The notes under the pieces were generated by a model. It was not told the DNA's origin. It saw only the letters and a program-made list of their open reading frames with translations, and ran no database searches. Of a stretch of 64,000 nt of DNA, positions 1-10,189 are shown in pieces. Position 1 is the first letter of the stretch. The number at the start of each line of letters is the position of its first letter. The DNA lies in assembly GCA_963775755.1 (NCBI GenBank), contig CAVZKB010000015.1, positions 14,380-78,379 on the forward strand, in the 5' to 3' direction. The DNA comes from an uncultured Actinomycetes bacterium (GTDB lineage Bacteria > Actinomycetota > UBA4738 > HRBIN12). The translations under genes and the position numbers were made by a program.

Positions 1-2037
1 ATCTGGCACGACGTCTGGCTCACGCGTACCGGCTCGGTCACGGTGCGCGACCCGCAGGTGGTCTCCGATCTGCCGTTGCCCGAGACGGATCACGCGGACC
101 TCTCGGTGACGGCGACCGTGCACAACGCGGGGGGAGCGCCGGTGACCACCGTGGTCGCCGGCGCGATCGGCGGCATCGCGTTCTCCCGGTCCGTTCCGCT
201 CGATGCGGGGGAGTCGAAGCTCGTGACGTTCGACCCGGCGACGGACCCGCAGCTCCGGCTGAGCGATCCGCCGCTGTGGTGGCCATACCGGATGGGGGAC
301 CAGCCACTCGAGGACCTAACCGTGACCGCGTCGGTGGACGGGGTCGAGTCGGACGCCGCGACGACGTCGTTCGGGATCCGCGAGGTGACCTCCGAGTCCA
401 TGCCGAACGGCGCGCGCCGCTTCTCGGTCAACGGCGAGCCGATCCTGATCCGCGGCGGCGGGTGGGCGTCGGACATGTTGCTCCGGCCCGAGCCTCAGCG
501 CGTCGACGACCAGCTGATGTACGTGCGCGACATGGGTCTGAACGCCGTGCGCCTGGAGGGCAAGTTGGAGTCGGATCATTTCTACGACGAAGCCGACCGG
601 CTCGGGATCCTGGTGATGCCCGGATGGATGTGCTGCGACTACTGGCAGCAGTCGTGGAAGTGGACGACCGCGGAGCAGGCCATCGCTCGAGCGTCCATGA
701 CCTCGCAGGCGATCCGGATGCGCAACCATCCGAGCGTGATCACGTTCATGATCGGAAGCGATACCGAACCCGTCCCCGGCGTGCAGCACATGTACGTGGA
801 GGCGCTGCGCGATGCACGCTGGCCGAACCCCATCCTGGCCTCGGCGTCGGGCGACACGTCGAGCGTGCTCGGACCGACGGGGGTGAAGATGACCGGCCCC
901 TACGACTGGGTTCCCCCCGCTTATTGGTACGACCCTCGCGCCGATGGGGGAGCGGAAGGGTTCAACACCGAGACGAGCGCCGGTCAGTCGATCCCTGAGC
1001 TCGAGGACGTTCGGCGCATGCTCTCGCCCGACGAGCGGAGAGCGCTCTGGACCGAACCCCGCACGCCCCAGTACCACGCCGGCGTCGGCGACAGCGTGTT
1101 CAAGACGTTCCACATCTTCGACCGCGCGATGACCGCTCGGTTGGGTGCGCCCACGAGCCTCGCCGATTACGTCCGCAAGGCGCAGGTCATGGCGTACGAG
1201 AACGAGCGGGCGATGTTCGAGGCGTTCTCGAGGAACAGGTACGGGTCGACCGGCGTCATCCAGTGGATGCTCAACAACGCTTGGCCTTCGTTGCACTGGA
1301 ACCTGTTCGACTGGTTCCTGGAGCCGAACGGATCGACGTTCGGCGCGAAGGTCGCGAACGAGCCGCTGCATGTTCAATACTCGTACGACGATCGCTCGGT
1401 CGCCGTGGTGAACGAGACGCGCGGAGCGGCGACCGACATGACGGTGCGGGCTCGGGTCTTCAACCTTCACGGCGATGAGCGCTGGAGCCGGTCCGCCCGG
1501 ACCGACGTTGGCGCGGATGCCGTCGCCCGCCTGTTCCGCGTGCCGCAACCCGCGAACCTCACGTCGACGTACTTCGTCGAGCTGACGCTGACCGACGCGA
1601 ACGGTCTCGTGGTCAGCCGGAACGTGTACTGGCTCTCCACGGCGCCGGAGCGGCTCGCGTGGGGCCGGTCCACCTGGTTCTTCACGCCCGCCGAGACGTA
1701 CGCGGACTTCACCGCGCTCTCCTCCCTGCCGGAGGTACGCCCGGCGGTCACGGCATGCGAGGACACGTCGACCGACCTGGGGGCGGTACGGGTCACCGTG
1801 ACGAACGACACGAACGGGATCGCGTTCTTCGTTCGCCTTCGCCTGACCGCCGGGCCGAACGGCGACGACGTCACGCCCGTCACCTGGAGCGATGGGTACG
1901 TCACGCTCATGCCGGGGGAGGAGCAGACGCTGACCGCGAGCTACCGGACGCCGGATCTGCACGGCACGGATCCGTCGGTCGAGGTCACCGGTTGGAACGT
2001 CTCGCGGTCGAGACCGGCGATCGGGGTCTGCGCGTAG
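1..2037 (+). CDS. Glycoside hydrolase family 2 protein (exo-beta-D-glucosaminidase / beta-mannosidase-like), 5' end cut by window edge
   Basis: Frame 1 is open from nt 1 (IWHDVWLTRTG..) to the stop at 2035-2037. GH2-like blocks: RFSVNGEPILIRGGGW, NAVRLEGK, GWMCCDYW, IQWMLNNAWPSLHWNLFDW. Confidence 0.7.
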   Translation: MWHDVWLTRTGSVTVRDPQVVSDLPLPETDHADLSVTATVHNAGGAPVTTVVAGAIGGIAFSRSVPLDAGESKLVTFDPATDPQLRLSDPPLWWPYRMGDQPLEDLTVTASVDGVESDAATTSFGIREVTSESMPNGARRFSVNGEPILIRGGGWASDMLLRPEPQRVDDQLMYVRDMGLNAVRLEGKLESDHFYDEADRLGILVMPGWMCCDYWQQSWKWTTAEQAIARASMTSQAIRMRNHPSVITFMIGSDTEPVPGVQHMYVEALRDARWPNPILASASGDTSSVLGPTGVKMTGPYDWVPPAYWYDPRADGGAEGFNTETSAGQSIPELEDVRRMLSPDERRALWTEPRTPQYHAGVGDSVFKTFHIFDRAMTARLGAPTSLADYVRKAQVMAYENERAMFEAFSRNRYGSTGVIQWMLNNAWPSLHWNLFDWFLEPNGSTFGAKVANEPLHVQYSYDDRSVAVVNETRGAATDMTVRARVFNLHGDERWSRSARTDVGADAVARLFRVPQPANLTSTYFVELTLTDANGLVVSRNVYWLSTAPERLAWGRSTWFFTPAETYADFTALSSLPEVRPAVTACEDTSTDLGAVRVTVTNDTNGIAFFVRLRLTAGPNGDDVTPVTWSDGYVTLMPGEEQTLTASYRTPDLHGTDPSVEVTGWNVSRSRPAIGVCA

Positions 2038-2046
2038 CTCCGGCGA

Positions 2047-3033
2047 CTACCCCCGCGCGCGGCCGGCGACGGCCATCGCGGCCGTGGCCCGCCGGAACTG
2101 TTCCCCCGCGTGATAGGAGCTGCGCACGAGCGGTCCCGCCTCCACGTGCGGGATGCCCATCGCCTCGCCCGCACGCTCGTGCTCGGCGAACTCGTCGGGC
2201 GTGACCCAGCGATCCACCGGGAGGTGGAGCTTCGTGGGCTGCAGGTACTGACCGATCGTCACGAGGTCGCAATCGGCGTCGCGCAGGTCGGCCAGCGCCT
2301 CCGAGACTTCCGACGTGGTCTCTCCCATCCCCAGGATGAGGTTGGACTTCGTGACCTGCCGCGAGCGGAGGCGTTTGGCGGTCCGCAGGACGTCGAGCGA
2401 ACGGTCGTAGCCGAACGCCGGACGGATGCGGCCGTGCAGACGCCGGACGGTCTCCAGGTTGTGAGCGAACACGTCCGGCTCGGCATCGATCACCGTCGCG
2501 ATGTCGCGCTCGCCGCCCTTGAAATCGGTCGGCAGCACCTCGACACCGCATCCGGGGACGGCGTCACGCACGGCGTGGATGACCGCTGCCCAGATCCTCG
2601 CGCCTCCGTCTGCGAGGTCGTCGCGAGCCACGCCCGTGATGACCACGAACCGGAGTCCCATCTGCCGTACCGCCGAGGCGATCCTGGCGGGCTCGCGCTC
2701 GTCGACGGGTTCGGGGCGGGCCGTCATCACATCGCAGAACCCGCAGCGTCGCGTGCATCTGTCCCCGAGGATCAGGAACGTGGCTTCCCGCGCCTCCCAG
2801 CATTCGCCGATGTTCGGGCACATCGCCTCCTCACAGACGGTATGCAGGTCGAGGTCGCGCATCATCGATCTGAGCTCTGCGTGGTTCGGGCCGGACGCCA
2901 GCCGTACCTTCAACCACGGAGGCTTCCGATCGTCGGAGACGCCCGACCCCGCCGCGGTTCCGACCACGCCGGTCGTGGAGACGATCGGCAGATAGAGACG
3001 TCGCTTGTGGGGGTTGTGATCCTGGCCGGGCAT
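2047..3033 (-). CDS. lipA: Lipoyl synthase (radical SAM)
   Basis: 328 aa. Auxiliary-cluster motif CEEAMCPNIGECW and radical-SAM motif CTRRCGFCDV (CxxxCxxC). Full-length LipA architecture. Confidence 0.95.
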   Translation of the reverse strand: MPGQDHNPHKRRLYLPIVSTTGVVGTAAGSGVSDDRKPPWLKVRLASGPNHAELRSMMRDLDLHTVCEEAMCPNIGECWEAREATFLILGDRCTRRCGFCDVMTARPEPVDEREPARIASAVRQMGLRFVVITGVARDDLADGGARIWAAVIHAVRDAVPGCGVEVLPTDFKGGERDIATVIDAEPDVFAHNLETVRRLHGRIRPAFGYDRSLDVLRTAKRLRSRQVTKSNLILGMGETTSEVSEALADLRDADCDLVTIGQYLQPTKLHLPVDRWVTPDEFAEHERAGEAMGIPHVEAGPLVRSSYHAGEQFRRATAAMAVAGRARG

Positions 3034-3045
3034 CGAGCTTCGAGT

Positions 3046-6000
3046 CTAGCCCGCCACCGCGCGGTCGTCGGCGGGGGCAGCGACCGGCTCATGCGGATCG
3101 TCCGACGGCGATGCGTCTCCGGCCGGGAGGAACACCCGGAACGACGCCCCGCCGCCTTCCCGCTCCTCGACCCACGCGCGACCGTGGTGAAGGGCCGCGA
3201 AACGGCCGACCAGGGAGAGCCCGATCCCGGTGCCGGGCGAATGAGCCGACGACGTGGGTCCCTGGCGGAACGGTTCGAAGATGGCCTCTCGCAGGTCCTC
3301 GGAGATGCCCGGCCCGTCGTCCTCGACGGCGATCAGGACCCCGTCGGCGTCGGGTTGCACCCTGAGCCAGATGGTGCTGTCGGCTCTCGTGTGGCGGGCC
3401 GCGTTCGTCAGGAGGTTTTCGATGATCCGTTCGACCTTGGCGGGGTCGACGGAGATCACGACCGGATCCGCGAACACCATGATCGATCGGTCGGCGAGCG
3501 CGTCGAGGCTCTCGATCGTTCGTCGCGCGAGCGCGCCGACATCCGTCACGCGGTATTGGGGATCGACGATGCCTCGGTTGAGCCGGTCGATGTCGAGGAG
3601 GTCCTTCAGGAGCCGATCCAGCTTCCGGGCGTTCGCGGCCAGCCGTTGGAGGAGATCGTTCCGATCGGACTCGACCATCTCCGAGCGTTCGAGCGTGAGC
3701 GCCAGCCCCAGGATCGCGGTGAGCGGGCTGCGCAGTTCGTGCGATACCGCCGCCAGGAACGTGTTCTTCATGTCATCGAGGGCTCGCAGGCGTTCGGCGG
3801 CTTCACGCTCGCGCTGTTCCGACTCGCGGAGGGCGTGCTCGGCCAGCTTGCGTTCCGTGATGTCGGACATCACGCCGAGCAGCATCGCGTGCCGCCCCTC
3901 GTCGTCATGGATGACCGTCGTCTCGTCGTGGACCCAGATCGTTCGCCCGTCCCGCGTCTGCATCCGATACTCGTCGCTCCAGGCCTCCTCGGCGGCGACG
4001 GCGGCGAGGTAGCGCCCGAGGACGACCTCCCGATCCTCGGGGTGCAGCGCCTCCGCCCATGAGTCGGGGTTGGCGAGCCACTCGTCCTCGGGGATGCCCG
4101 TGATGGCTTCGACCTGGGGACTGACGTACATCGATTGCATGCTGGTGTCGGGCGCATCCACGTAGATCCCGGCCGGTACATGCTCCACGATCGCGCGGAA
4201 CCGCTCCTCGGTCTCCCGCAATTGCTCCTCGGCCTCGCGTCGTTCCGTGATGTCGAACATCACTCCCTGGCTGAACCGGGGCACGCCGTGCTCGTCACGG
4301 ATCACGACCGCCTGGTCGTGCACCCACACGATCTGCCCGTCCGGGCGTCGGAAGCGGTACTCGGCGTCATAGGGGGTTCCGTCGCGGTTAAGGCGTTCGA
4401 TCTTGGCCGCGACCTCGGGCAGGTCCTCGGGGTCGACGCACTGCTCCCACAGCTCGGGCTGCCGCAGCCATTCCTCGGGAGTGAAGCCGAAGATGTGCTC
4501 CACCTGTGGGCTCATGTACACGGCCTCCGACGCCGCGGCCACCGTGTCGATGTACGTCGCGGCGGGGATCGTCTCGATCAGGCTGCGGTAACGCTCTTCC
4601 GCGTCGTGCAGCTGCTGCTCGGCGAGCTTCCGTTCCGTGATGTCCAGCAGGATGCCCTGGCTCCAGAGCGGCCGGCCGTCGTCGTCGGGGACCATGATCG
4701 CCTCGTCACGGATCCAGTGGGTCGACCCGTCCTTGGCGATCAATCGGATCTCCATGGCGAGCGGCTCGCCGGTCCGATAGTGACGGCGATCGGCCTCGAG
4801 CGAACGCTCCACGTCGTCCGGGTGGATCAAGCGTCCCCAGAGCTGGCGATCATTGAGCCATTCCTCGGGGGAGTACCCGAGGATCGTCTCGACCTGCGGG
4901 CTGATGTAGATCGTCGGCCACGAGCGCGGGTCGTCCAGGCTCTGACACTCGTCGATGTAGGTGATCGCAGGGATCTGCTCGACCAAGGTGCGGTAACGCC
5001 GCTCGGCTTCACGGAGATGCTCTTCGGCTTCCTTACGGGCGGTGACGTCGAATCGAACGCCCTGCCAGTAGAGGGGTTCGCCGCGCCCGTCGCGGAGCAG
5101 CACGGCGTCGTCCTGCAACCAGACGATCCTCCCGTCGGGCCGGACCATCCGGTACTCGCTGCTGAACGGCTCGCCGGTTTCCTGCGTCAGGCGATCGATG
5201 GCGACGACCCGTTCGCGGTCGTCCGGATGGATCGCCTGTAGCCAGCCTTCGTGGCTGAGTCCGGCCTGCTCGAACCCGAGGACGGTGCGCACCTGCGGAC
5301 TGAGGTAGAGGATCGCGTTGGGCCCCGTTGCCGACTCCATGTACGTGACCGCGGGGATCTGCTCGATCAGCGTCTGGTACCTGGCCTCGGTCTCGGACAG
5401 CGAGCGTATCGCCCGCTCCCGCCCGATCGCTGCGCCGAGCGTGTTGGCGACGAGCGAGAGGGCCTCGATCTCGGCGAGTTGCCAATCGCGTTCCTCTTCG
5501 CACTGGTCGTATCCGACGAAGCCCCACCACTCGCCGCCCGAGAAGATGGGCACGACGATGATGGACAGGATGCCCTGGCGCTCGAGCCGACCGCGCTCCG
5601 ATGCGGGGAACTCACGGATGCGACCGGAGATGCCGTTGCCCTCGGCGAGCGTTCGTTCCCAGCGGGCGAAGCCGGCTTCTGCGTACGGCAGCCCCACCGT
5701 CGGTCTGGTCGCTGGCTCGATCCCCGGGGCGGTCCACTCGAACACCTGGGTCGTCAAGGTCCGGCCGTCAGCGTGCCGGTCGTTCTTGTACACGTAGGCG
5801 CGGCTCGCCGAGGCTGCCTCCCCGGCCCGTTCCAGGACCTCGTCGATGCAGTCCGTCCACGACGGTGCGTTGAGGAACCGCTCCGCCGCGAAGCCCGATG
5901 CCTCGAGGATCTTGTCGCGACGGGACAGTGCCTCCTCCACCACCTTGCGCTGCGTGATGTCGATGAGGACGCCCTGCCAGGACGGCCGCCCTTCCTGGTC

Positions 6001-7755
6001 CTCGACCAGGGAGGCGTGATCGTGCACCCACGTCGTGCGGCCGTCCTTGGTGATGATCCGGTATTCGAGGTCGAACGGGTCGCCCGAGGCGTTCGTGCGG
6101 TTCGACTCGGCCAGGACGACGTCGCGATCGTCGGGGTGCAGGATCCGAACCCACATGCCGGGATCGGCCAGACGCTCCTCCGGGGAGTACCCGGTGAGGG
6201 CCTGGTACTGCGGACTGACATAGACCGCGGTGACCGTCTCGTCGACCGCGTCGATGTAGACGGTCGCAGGGATCCGCTCGACCAGATGGCGGTACCGCGC
6301 CTCGGCTTCGCGCTGACGGGTCTCGGCTTCGTGCCGGGCCGTGACGTCCTCGATCACGCCCTGCCAGACGGGCCACGCGCCGTCGCGCTCTACCAGCACG
6401 GCCGTGTCCCGAACCCACACCACCGATCCGTCCGGACGCAGGAACCGATAGTCGATCTCGAAGCGCTCTCCCGTCCGCTCGGTCCGGTCGTTCTCCTTGC
6501 GCACGCGTTCGCGGTCGTCCGGATGGATCAACTTCGCCCACGTGTCCGGATGCGCCATCCACTGGCTCGCGGGAACGCCGGTCAGCTGCTCGATCTTCGG
6601 TGCGATGTACGGCAGCCGGTGATTCCCCTCCGGATCCTCCTCGTTCGCGAGGTACGTCACGACCGGCAGCTCCTCGACCAGCTGCCGATACCGCTCTTGT
6701 GCCCGCTTCTGCTCGGTGATGTCGAACATCACTCCCTGGTACACCGGGTGGCCACGCGCGCCGGTCGCGACGGGAACGGCCTCGTCCCTGATCCAGATCC
6801 ACCGGCCGTCGGCCGCGCGGATGCGGTACTCGGCCGTGAACGTCTCCTCGCGCGTCACCGCGTCGTTCCAGGTCTCCAGCGTCGGCCGTCGATCGTCGGG
6901 ATGCGTGCGCGTCTCCCACAGCGATGGATCCTCGAGCCACTCCGTGTACGTGAACCCGAGCAGCCGGTGGATCTGGGGGCTGATGTAGAGGGCCGGGGCC
7001 TCCCCAGGCGCGTCGGCCGAATCCCAGAGGTAGGCGACCGCGGGCACTCGCTCGACGATCGTGCGGTAGCGGTTCTCGGCATCCTGTGTTCGCTGCTCGG
7101 CCTCCTTCTGCTCGGTGATGTCGTACATCACGCCTTGCATCAGCTCAGGCCGTCCGTCGGCACGCTTCGCGACCGACCAGGACTCGTCGCGGAGCCAGAC
7201 GATCCGGCCGTCCTTCGCGATGAGGCGGTACTCCTCACGGAAAGACGTGCCGTCGCGATCCGCGCGGGCGGAGGCCTCCTCCACGTGCGTGCGATCGTCG
7301 GAGTGGATGTGCTCGCACCAGAACGTCGACGACGACGTCCAGTCGTCCGGGGTGTAACCGAGGATCCGCTCCACCTGCGGGCTGATGTAGGTCGTGGCGA
7401 CCTCACCCATGCTCGCCGTCGGGTTCCACGTGTACGTGATCGCGGGGACCTGCTCGACGAGGGTCCGGAACCGTCGCTCGGTCTCTTCTCGGAGCTCCGC
7501 CTCGCGCTGGGCACGTCGCAGCCCTCGCACCGACACGACGCCGAAGGCCGCCGCCATGATGATGAGGAAGGCGAGGATGTTGTCGGCGACGATGGGCGAG
7601 ATCCGTTCGAGCCACTCGAGGACCCGGGCGAAGACGTCGAAGGCCACGCCGATGGAGAAGGCGACGAGCGCCGCGACCGAGATCCAGATCAGGTCTCGAT
7701 CCGCGCCCGCTGGCCTCGGATGTCGCCCCGACGCATCCTTTGGTCGCTTCTCCAC
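3046..7755 (-). CDS. Membrane-anchored multi-PAS/GAF sensor histidine kinase (4 PAS - GAF - 4 PAS - HisKA - HATPase_c)
   Basis: 1569 aa with two N-terminal hydrophobic helices. Eight PAS units, each introduced by a recurring linker (R[YF]RxLvExxPAxxY), and a central GAF-like block. H-box FLAAVSHELRSPL; ATPase boxes NLLTNAARHT, DDGPGI, GTGIGLSLV. Confidence 0.9.
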   Translation of the reverse strand: MEKRPKDASGRHPRPAGADRDLIWISVAALVAFSIGVAFDVFARVLEWLERISPIVADNILAFLIIMAAAFGVVSVRGLRRAQREAELREETERRFRTLVEQVPAITYTWNPTASMGEVATTYISPQVERILGYTPDDWTSSSTFWCEHIHSDDRTHVEEASARADRDGTSFREEYRLIAKDGRIVWLRDESWSVAKRADGRPELMQGVMYDITEQKEAEQRTQDAENRYRTIVERVPAVAYLWDSADAPGEAPALYISPQIHRLLGFTYTEWLEDPSLWETRTHPDDRRPTLETWNDAVTREETFTAEYRIRAADGRWIWIRDEAVPVATGARGHPVYQGVMFDITEQKRAQERYRQLVEELPVVTYLANEEDPEGNHRLPYIAPKIEQLTGVPASQWMAHPDTWAKLIHPDDRERVRKENDRTERTGERFEIDYRFLRPDGSVVWVRDTAVLVERDGAWPVWQGVIEDVTARHEAETRQREAEARYRHLVERIPATVYIDAVDETVTAVYVSPQYQALTGYSPEERLADPGMWVRILHPDDRDVVLAESNRTNASGDPFDLEYRIITKDGRTTWVHDHASLVEDQEGRPSWQGVLIDITQRKVVEEALSRRDKILEASGFAAERFLNAPSWTDCIDEVLERAGEAASASRAYVYKNDRHADGRTLTTQVFEWTAPGIEPATRPTVGLPYAEAGFARWERTLAEGNGISGRIREFPASERGRLERQGILSIIVVPIFSGGEWWGFVGYDQCEEERDWQLAEIEALSLVANTLGAAIGRERAIRSLSETEARYQTLIEQIPAVTYMESATGPNAILYLSPQVRTVLGFEQAGLSHEGWLQAIHPDDRERVVAIDRLTQETGEPFSSEYRMVRPDGRIVWLQDDAVLLRDGRGEPLYWQGVRFDVTARKEAEEHLREAERRYRTLVEQIPAITYIDECQSLDDPRSWPTIYISPQVETILGYSPEEWLNDRQLWGRLIHPDDVERSLEADRRHYRTGEPLAMEIRLIAKDGSTHWIRDEAIMVPDDDGRPLWSQGILLDITERKLAEQQLHDAEERYRSLIETIPAATYIDTVAAASEAVYMSPQVEHIFGFTPEEWLRQPELWEQCVDPEDLPEVAAKIERLNRDGTPYDAEYRFRRPDGQIVWVHDQAVVIRDEHGVPRFSQGVMFDITERREAEEQLRETEERFRAIVEHVPAGIYVDAPDTSMQSMYVSPQVEAITGIPEDEWLANPDSWAEALHPEDREVVLGRYLAAVAAEEAWSDEYRMQTRDGRTIWVHDETTVIHDDEGRHAMLLGVMSDITERKLAEHALRESEQREREAAERLRALDDMKNTFLAAVSHELRSPLTAILGLALTLERSEMVESDRNDLLQRLAANARKLDRLLKDLLDIDRLNRGIVDPQYRVTDVGALARRTIESLDALADRSIMVFADPVVISVDPAKVERIIENLLTNAARHTRADSTIWLRVQPDADGVLIAVEDDGPGISEDLREAIFEPFRQGPTSSAHSPGTGIGLSLVGRFAALHHGRAWVEEREGGGASFRVFLPAGDASPSDDPHEPVAAPADDRAVAG

Positions 7756-7807
7756 GGTCCGCGGGAGTTATCGACGCTTTCCGGGGCCCCCTGAACGTGG
7801 AACGGGG

Positions 7808-8797
7808 TTAGGAACGGGCCAGATCCAACATGTGCCGATAGAGGTGATCGGGTTCGGGTTCGATGTAGTAGTGCTCGAGCGCCCCGGCGAAGGGCATCGC
7901 GGGGATGTCCGGGCCGCCGATCCGAACGATCGGGGCGTCCAGATCGAACATGGCCTCCTCGGCGATCGTGGACGCGATCTCGGCGCCGGCCCCGAACGCA
8001 CGGTTGTCCTCGTAGACCACCATGGCCTTCGAGGTCTTCCGGACCGACGTCAGGATCGTCTCCACGTCGAGCGGCGCGATGGTGCGGACGTCGACGATCT
8101 CGACGGAGACGTCCTCGTCCTCCTGGAGGCGCTGCGCCGCCTCGAGACACCGGTGAACCTCGTAGCCGTACGTGATCACCGAGAGATCATCACCTTCGCG
8201 TTTCACGTCGGCCGACCCGATCGGCACCTGGTACCACGAGTCGGGGACATCTCCCTTGACCGCGCGGTACGTCTTCTTGTGCTCGAGGAACAGCACGGGA
8301 TCGGGGTCACGGATCGCGGATCGCAGCAGGCCCACCGCGTCGGATGGCGTGGAGGGCATCACGACCTTCAAGCCGGGCACGTGTGCGTAGAACAGCTCGA
8401 TCGATTGCGAATGGTAGAGCGCCCCGTGGATCCCGCCGCCGCACGGTGTGCGGATCACCATCGGGACACCGAAGTCGCCGTTCGAGCGATACCGGATGCG
8501 GGCGGCCTCCGACACGATCTGGTCGAAGGCCGGATGGATGAAGTCGGCGAACTGGATCTCCGCGATAGGCAGGAGACCGTGGAGCGCCATCCCGATCGCG
8601 ATGCCCACGATCCCGGACTCGGCGAGCGGGGTGTCGATCACCCGATGCTCACCGAACTCGCTCATCCAGCCGTCGGAGATCCGGAAGACGCCGCCCCGCG
8701 CGCCGACGTCCTCTCCGAGCAGGACCACGCGTTCGTCCTCCGCGATCTCGTCGTGCAACGCGTCGCGGATGGCGGTGACGACGTTCTTCTCGGTCAT
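7808..8797 (-). CDS. 2-oxoacid (pyruvate/branched-chain) dehydrogenase E1 component, beta subunit (copy 1)
   Basis: 329 aa. Transketolase-like pyrimidine-binding and C-terminal domains (VVLLGEDVG.., DTPLAESGIVG, RTPCGGG). Start overlaps the upstream E1 alpha stop by 4 nt. Confidence 0.9.
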   Translation of the reverse strand: MTEKNVVTAIRDALHDEIAEDERVVLLGEDVGARGGVFRISDGWMSEFGEHRVIDTPLAESGIVGIAIGMALHGLLPIAEIQFADFIHPAFDQIVSEAARIRYRSNGDFGVPMVIRTPCGGGIHGALYHSQSIELFYAHVPGLKVVMPSTPSDAVGLLRSAIRDPDPVLFLEHKKTYRAVKGDVPDSWYQVPIGSADVKREGDDLSVITYGYEVHRCLEAAQRLQEDEDVSVEIVDVRTIAPLDVETILTSVRKTSKAMVVYEDNRAFGAGAEIASTIAEEAMFDLDAPIVRIGGPDIPAMPFAGALEHYYIEPEPDHLYRHMLDLARS

Positions 8798-9840
8798 GCG
8801 TCCTCGGCGAACACGTGCCTGAGCGCCGTGTCGGGATCGGGATCGGGAGCTTCCCAGGCCGCGGCGATGTGCTCGTCGATCTCGGTCTTGACGGTGGCGC
8901 GGAGTCCCTCTTGCGCCTCGTCGTCCAGGATGCCGTGTTCGGCCAGGTACCGTGCGAACTCGACGAGGGGGTCGTGGTGCCGGGCCTCCTCGACCTCTTC
9001 CCGGCTCCGGTAGCTGCGATCGTCGTCATCGGACGTGTGCGGTTGGAAGCGGTAGGTCTTGCACTCGATCAGCGTCGGGCCCTCGCCGGCTCGGGCGCGA
9101 TCGTGGGCCTGTTTCATGGCCTCGTAGCACGCGAGCACGTCGTTCCCGTCGACGACCACGCCCGGGAAGCCGTACCCGGCTGCCCGCTCGGCGACGTCGC
9201 GCACCGCCATCTGCTTCGACTGCGGCACGCTGATCGCGTAATGGTTGTTCTCGCACACGAAGATCACCGGCAGCTTGTGGATGCCGGCGAAGTTCAGGCC
9301 CTCGTGCCAGTCGCCCTCGCTCGTCGCGCCGTCGCCGAACCAGGTGGCGACGACGGTGTCCTCCCCGCGGTACTTCACGGCGTACGCGATCCCCGCGGCA
9401 TGCGGGATCTGCGTGGCGATCGGGGACGAACTGGTGATGATCCCCAGGCGGCGGGATCCCCAATGCGCGGGCATCTGTCTCCCGGCCGAGGACGGATCGT
9501 CGGCCTTGGCGAACATCCCGAGGAAGACCTCGTAGGGAGTCATCCCCGCGACGAGCACCACCGCCAGGTCCCGGTAGTACGGGAGCCAGATGTCGGTGCC
9601 CCGACGCATCGCCCAGCCGGTGCCGATCTGGCATCCCTCGTGGCCGGAGACCGGCACGACGAACGGAGCCCTTCCCATGCGGTTCTGGCGGAACGCAGCC
9701 TCGTCGATGAGCCGTGCCACGAGGCCGATGCGGAACATCGACAGGACGTCGTCGTCGGTGAGGCCGAGCTGGTCGTGAGGGGTTCGCGTCACCCGCGTCG
9801 ACACGTCGTGCCTCCTCGCACCGTCCGTCGAGTCTAGCAT
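8794..9840 (-). CDS. 2-oxoacid dehydrogenase E1 component, alpha subunit (TPP-binding, copy 1)
   Basis: 348 aa. TPP-binding block WFGDGATSEGDWHEGLNFAGIHKLPVIFVCENNHYAIS. Operon partner of the beta subunit. Confidence 0.9.
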   Translation of the reverse strand: MLDSTDGARRHDVSTRVTRTPHDQLGLTDDDVLSMFRIGLVARLIDEAAFRQNRMGRAPFVVPVSGHEGCQIGTGWAMRRGTDIWLPYYRDLAVVLVAGMTPYEVFLGMFAKADDPSSAGRQMPAHWGSRRLGIITSSSPIATQIPHAAGIAYAVKYRGEDTVVATWFGDGATSEGDWHEGLNFAGIHKLPVIFVCENNHYAISVPQSKQMAVRDVAERAAGYGFPGVVVDGNDVLACYEAMKQAHDRARAGEGPTLIECKTYRFQPHTSDDDDRSYRSREEVEEARHHDPLVEFARYLAEHGILDDEAQEGLRATVKTEIDEHIAAAWEAPDPDPDTALRHVFAEDA

Positions 9841-9910
9841 CGACCCGCCGGTGGTCCGCCTCGAGCGACGTCGCCGTCGTGGAGGGATCCCGATCCCGTC
9901 CGACGGGTCT

Positions 9911-9929
9911 ATACCCCCCTAGGGTATAT
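9911..9929. promoter_or_regulatory. CsoR-type operator 1 (ATACCCCCCTAGGGTATAT), overlapping a TATACT -10-like hexamer
   Basis: Inverted repeat ATACCC-N5-GGGTAT in an AT-richer patch about 35 nt upstream of the YHS ORF. Matches the second site at 10131-10149 in 17 of 19 positions. Confidence 0.6.
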
Positions 9930-9964
9930 ACTCACAGCGAGGACACGTTCGAAGAGGAGGCATC

Positions 9965-10129
9965 GTGATCGATCCGGTCTGCGGCATGGAGGTCAAGCCC
10001 GAGGAAGCGGTCGCGGCATGGGAGCACGCAGGCACGACATATCTCTTCTGCTCTGTCGGCTGCATGGAGCGATTCCGGGAAGATCCCGAGCGGTTCCTGG
10101 AGGCGGGTCCGAGCCATCGGGATGTGTGA
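9965..10129 (+). CDS. YHS/TRASH-domain metal-binding mini-protein (54 aa, not in supplied ORF track)
   Basis: GTG start 5 nt after SD GAGGAGG. Translation: MIDPVCGMEVKPEEAVAAWEHAGTTYLFCSVGCMERFREDPERFLEAGPSHRDV, with the C-x-C-x3-C YHS/TRASH pattern. GC3-rich codons. Confidence 0.75.
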   Translation: MIDPVCGMEVKPEEAVAAWEHAGTTYLFCSVGCMERFREDPERFLEAGPSHRDV

Positions 10130-10130
10130 C

Positions 10131-10149
10131 ATACCCCGGTAGGGTATAT
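10131..10149. promoter_or_regulatory. CsoR-type operator 2 (ATACCCCGGTAGGGTATAT)
   Basis: Inverted repeat ATACCC-N5-GGGTAT lying between the YHS ORF stop and the csoR start. Confidence 0.6.
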
Positions 10150-10189
10150 CCGGGCAGACGACGCGTGGTCCGTGAGGGGGTGGCGTGAG

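Noticed and set aside
5251-7794. Very long ORFs on the strand opposite to clearly assignable genes. Examples: 5251-7794(+), 2110-4062(+), 40894-43407(+), 54116-56854(+), 56769-59036(+), 46692-48647(-), 25691-27346(-).
   Set aside because: Their translations are Arg/Pro/Gly/Ala-rich low-complexity strings with no recognisable motifs. Each lies antisense or out of frame to a gene with strong family signatures. This is the expected stop-codon-poor artefact of very high GC content.
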